Shown here piece after piece: positions 61,184 through 64,000 of a stretch of DNA of 64,000 bases. The stretch is taken from positions 18,441-82,440 of the forward strand of contig CAZOJE010000003.1 of NCBI GenBank assembly GCA_964580065.1. The letters are read 5' to 3'. Below the pieces are notes generated by a model. It saw only the letters and a list, made by a program, of their open reading frames with translations, ran no database searches and was not told where the DNA came from. The translations under genes and the position numbers were made by a program. The stretch is from an uncultured Candidatus Saccharibacteria bacterium. Lineage in GTDB: Bacteria > Patescibacteriota > UBA1384 > DTJR01. How positions within the stretch are numbered: the stretch's first letter is position 1; each line of letters opens with the position of its first letter.

Positions 61184-61540
61184 ATGGCTCATACAAAAGC
61201 AAAAGGCACCACTAAATTAGGCCGCGATTCCGAATCAAAACGCTTAGGCGTTAAGATTTATGGTGGCTCGCCAATTAAGTGCGGTCAAATTATCATCCGC
61301 CAGCGCGGCACCGCTTATATGGCTGGAGAGGGAGTCAAAGTTGGCAAAGACGATACCCTTTATTCCCTGCGCGATGGCATCGTTGAATTTAAAAAAGTTC
61401 GCTACGTTAATTTTACCGGCAACACCAAAATCAAACAGAGAGTATCTGTTAACCAGCTAAAAACCAAAACCGCCACGGCTAAAGCTCCAGCCAAGCCAGT
61501 TAAAAAACCGGCTAAAGAAAAAGCGGCAACAAAGAAATAA
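61184..61540 (+). CDS. rpmA: 50S ribosomal protein L27 with K/A/P-rich tail
   Basis: [32 protein letters not shown]. Confidence 0.95.
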   Translation: MAHTKAKGTTKLGRDSESKRLGVKIYGGSPIKCGQIIIRQRGTAYMAGEGVKVGKDDTLYSLRDGIVEFKKVRYVNFTGNTKIKQRVSVNQLKTKTATAKAPAKPVKKPAKEKAATKK

Positions 61541-61552
61541 ATTTAAAATATT

Positions 61553-62086
61553 ATGGATAGCACTATCACTCACGAACATTTTCAACTGAAAAAAAACGTC
61601 CCCAACATCAAACCGGGAGACCGTATTCGCGTTCATCAAAAAATCCACGAAGGCAACAAGGAAAGAATCCAGGTTTTTGAAGGTTTGGTCATCAAAACCC
61701 AACACGGTCGCGGTATCAACGGCACTTTCACGGTTCGCCGCATTGCTTCAGGTGTTGGCGTCGAAAAACTCTTCCCCTTACATTGCCCTGCTATTGTCAA
61801 AATTGAAAAAATTCGTTCCGCCAAAGTCAGGCGGGCCAAACTTTATTACGTTAGAGGTTTAATCGGCAAAGGCGCTAAGAGATTGAGCAAAGAAAAAGAA
61901 GACTTGGGCGTTTGGGAAGATGTCGTTGCTCCAGAAGAGCCGGCCGAAGAAGTTGAAACTGAAGAAACCGAAAATGAAGAAAGTGTTGAGCCGGAAGAAG
62001 AAACCGAACCTGTCGAAAAACCTGCTAAAGCTGAAGATAAAACTGAAGACAAAAAAGACAAAGCTGAAAAGCCAGAAAAAAAATAA
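61553..62086 (+). CDS. rplS: 50S ribosomal protein L19 with acidic tail
   Basis: [29 protein letters not shown]. Confidence 0.95.
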   Translation: MDSTITHEHFQLKKNVPNIKPGDRIRVHQKIHEGNKERIQVFEGLVIKTQHGRGINGTFTVRRIASGVGVEKLFPLHCPAIVKIEKIRSAKVRRAKLYYVRGLIGKGAKRLSKEKEDLGVWEDVVAPEEPAEEVETEETENEESVEPEEETEPVEKPAKAEDKTEDKKDKAEKPEKK

Positions 62087-62107
62087 TTCTCAAATCAATT
62101 TCAAGTT

Positions 62108-62135
62108 AAAAAGCGATCTCGAAGGGTCGCTTTTT
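62108..62135 (+). terminator. Intrinsic terminator after rplS
   Basis: aaaaagcgatc-tcgaag-ggtcgcttttt. Confidence 0.7.
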
Positions 62136-62149
62136 GCTAAAATTAAAAG

Positions 62150-62515
62150 ATGGCTTATTTCAAAAAACAAACCGGTGCTTGGGGCGAAGATTTAGCCGAG
62201 CGTTTTTTGCGGAACAAGGGTTATAAAATTATCGCTCGCAATTTGCGCTCCAAAGCAGGCGAAATTGATATCCTCGCTCGAAAGCGCGACATTCTCGTGG
62301 TGGCAGAAGTTAAAACCAAATCCGGCGATGAATTAGGCCAGGGCTGGGAGATGGTTAATTATTTTAAGAGAAAAAAGCTTGTCAATCTTGCGAAATCGCT
62401 TCAGATAAAGTACCCTAAATGTGTAATTAGAATTGATATTATTTCCATTGATGCCGCCAGCACGCCACCCGCAATCGAACACTTTGAAAACGCAGTTGAA
62501 GAAATTTTAAGCTAA
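62150..62515 (+). CDS. yraN: YraN/UPF0102-family nuclease-like protein
   Basis: GAWGEDLA..FL..KGY.II.RN, GEIDI, EVKT. Confidence 0.88.
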   Translation: MAYFKKQTGAWGEDLAERFLRNKGYKIIARNLRSKAGEIDILARKRDILVVAEVKTKSGDELGQGWEMVNYFKRKKLVNLAKSLQIKYPKCVIRIDIISIDAASTPPAIEHFENAVEEILS

Positions 62516-62520
62516 AAAAT

Positions 62521-63897
62521 ATGATCATCACACGTTTTGCTCCTTCGCCTACCGGCGATCCACACATCGGCAATATCCGAACCGCTTTTTTTAATTACCT
62601 TTTCGCCAAGCATTCCGGCGGTAAATTTTTGTTACGGATTGAAGATACCGATCAAAACCGTTACACGCGCGAATCGATCGAAACAATTAAAGAAGCTTTG
62701 CGCTGGCTCAATATTGCTCCGGAAAATATTGATAATCCCATTGTCCAATCGCAAAGATTAGATCTTTACCAAGCTGCAGCTCACAAACTGGTTGACGAAG
62801 GCAAGGCCTATGTTTGTAATTGTTCCAAGGAACGACTCGAACAAGTGCGTGCGGACCAAACGGCTAAAAAACTTTCGCCGCGATATGACGGCCACTGCCG
62901 CGACCTCAACCTTCCCTTTGCCGAAGGTTGCGTTATTAGAATGAAAATGCCCGAAAATCAAATAATTAAATTTGACGATTTAATTCGCGGCCAGATTAAG
63001 GTTAATTCTGACACTTTGGACGACCAAGTTTTACTAAAATCTGACGGTTTTCCAACCTATCATCTTGCCCACGCCATTGACGATCATGAGATGGGCACAA
63101 CCCACGTTTTTCGCGGCGAAGAGTGGCTTCCTTCAGCGCCCAAGCACATCCTTCTTTTTGAAATGTTCGGCTTTACGCCGCCTCAATACGCTCATTTGCC
63201 AGTCATTCTCTCCCCCACTAAAGGCAAACTTTCTAAACGCGACGGTGCCACGACAATTTTAGAATATAAAAAAACCGGTTATCTGCCCGAAGCAATTTTG
63301 AATTTTCTGGCTCTTTTGGGCTGGAATCCCAAAACCGACGAAGAATTTTTTTCACTTGAAGAGCTGGTGGAAAAATTCGATTTATCCGGCGTCAATAAGT
63401 CACCAGCCATTTTTGACATTAAAAAACTGAATAATTTTAATCGGCATTATCTTAGCCAAAAAGCGCCTGAAGAAATCGTGCTTTTGGCGAAATCGCACGG
63501 CTTAGAAGATGTAACAGGCGGCGAAGCAAAACTCATCAGCCGCGGCAGCCAAGATAATCTTAGAGAAGCGATCGAAAGCATCAGACTTCTGCGTCAAGCG
63601 CCTCAATTAGATAAAAATCTCTTGGTTTTTAGAAAATCGTCCGTTGAGGCCACTAAATTGGGTCTTAACGAAGCCAAAAAAGCTTTGTCACAGATCGAAC
63701 AATGGGATTCTGACAATATTCAAAAAGCCCTAACCGAAACAGTCGCAAAAAACAATTTACAAAACGGCGATGTTTTTTGGCCGATTCGCTATGCGTTGTC
63801 GGGAGCAGAAAAATCGCCTTCACCCGCTGAATTGGCCGAGGCAATCGGTCAAGATCAAACTATTTTAAGAATTAACGAAGCGCTTAAAATTTTATGA
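62521..63897 (+). CDS. gltX: Glutamate--tRNA ligase
   Basis: TRFAPSPTG.HIGN, LRIEDTD, RGEEW, KLSKR. Confidence 0.96.
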   Translation: MIITRFAPSPTGDPHIGNIRTAFFNYLFAKHSGGKFLLRIEDTDQNRYTRESIETIKEALRWLNIAPENIDNPIVQSQRLDLYQAAAHKLVDEGKAYVCNCSKERLEQVRADQTAKKLSPRYDGHCRDLNLPFAEGCVIRMKMPENQIIKFDDLIRGQIKVNSDTLDDQVLLKSDGFPTYHLAHAIDDHEMGTTHVFRGEEWLPSAPKHILLFEMFGFTPPQYAHLPVILSPTKGKLSKRDGATTILEYKKTGYLPEAILNFLALLGWNPKTDEEFFSLEELVEKFDLSGVNKSPAIFDIKKLNNFNRHYLSQKAPEEIVLLAKSHGLEDVTGGEAKLISRGSQDNLREAIESIRLLRQAPQLDKNLLVFRKSSVEATKLGLNEAKKALSQIEQWDSDNIQKALTETVAKNNLQNGDVFWPIRYALSGAEKSPSPAELAEAIGQDQTILRINEALKIL

Positions 63898-64000
63898 TCA
63901 AAGTAATTCAAATTTCCGGCGACTCATCTTCCACGGGTGCCCCATCGCATATTTTTCGTCTCTCTAAAGAGCTTAAAAAAAGAAATTTTAATGTCATTAT
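63894..64000 (+). CDS. Partial CDS, probable GT4 glycosyltransferase N-terminus (truncated by window end)
   Basis: MIKVIQISGDSSSTGAPSHIFRLSKELKKRNFNV resembles a GT-B N-terminus. Confidence 0.5.
   Translation, partial: MIKVIQISGDSSSTGAPSHIFRLSKELKKRNFNVI

Overview
AT-rich chromosomal segment with compact housekeeping genes, standard code 11. Gene content suggests a Patescibacteria/CPR-type genome (inference): complete F-ATPase operon, split comEC, comEA, many short membrane-anchored surface ORFans. Core loci: rsmI, atpIBEFHAGDC, recG/ruvA, epimerase-manB-manC, ruvC/yebC, grpE-pspC-liaF-like...dnaK...dnaJ, eno, lepA, murJ, dnaB, dnaX, dnaE, rpmA, rplS, yraN, gltX, plus tRNA-Leu(TAG) and tRNA-Lys(TTT). 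Most unusual signals: (1) a ~580-nt GC-rich, multi-junction structured RNA candidate with its own promoter and terminator (56030-56620, minus); (2) repeat-spacer arrays built from tRNA fragments at both tRNA genes, sharing a small GGTRGAA-loop hairpin element, with a GTAG-REP-like palindrome and a frameshifted GIY-YIG nuclease; (3) a second standalone ~230-nt pseudoknot-capable RNA candidate (51467-51693); (4) a four-gene ATP-grasp ligase island; (5) GC-rich ORFans with their own promoters; (6) paralog arrays with swapped variable domains; (7) an HU-PilB-N2-like fusion; (8) a shared non-CIRCE palindrome at the dnaK and dnaJ promoters; (9) widespread leaderless-type gene starts. All calls were made by eye, without database searches.
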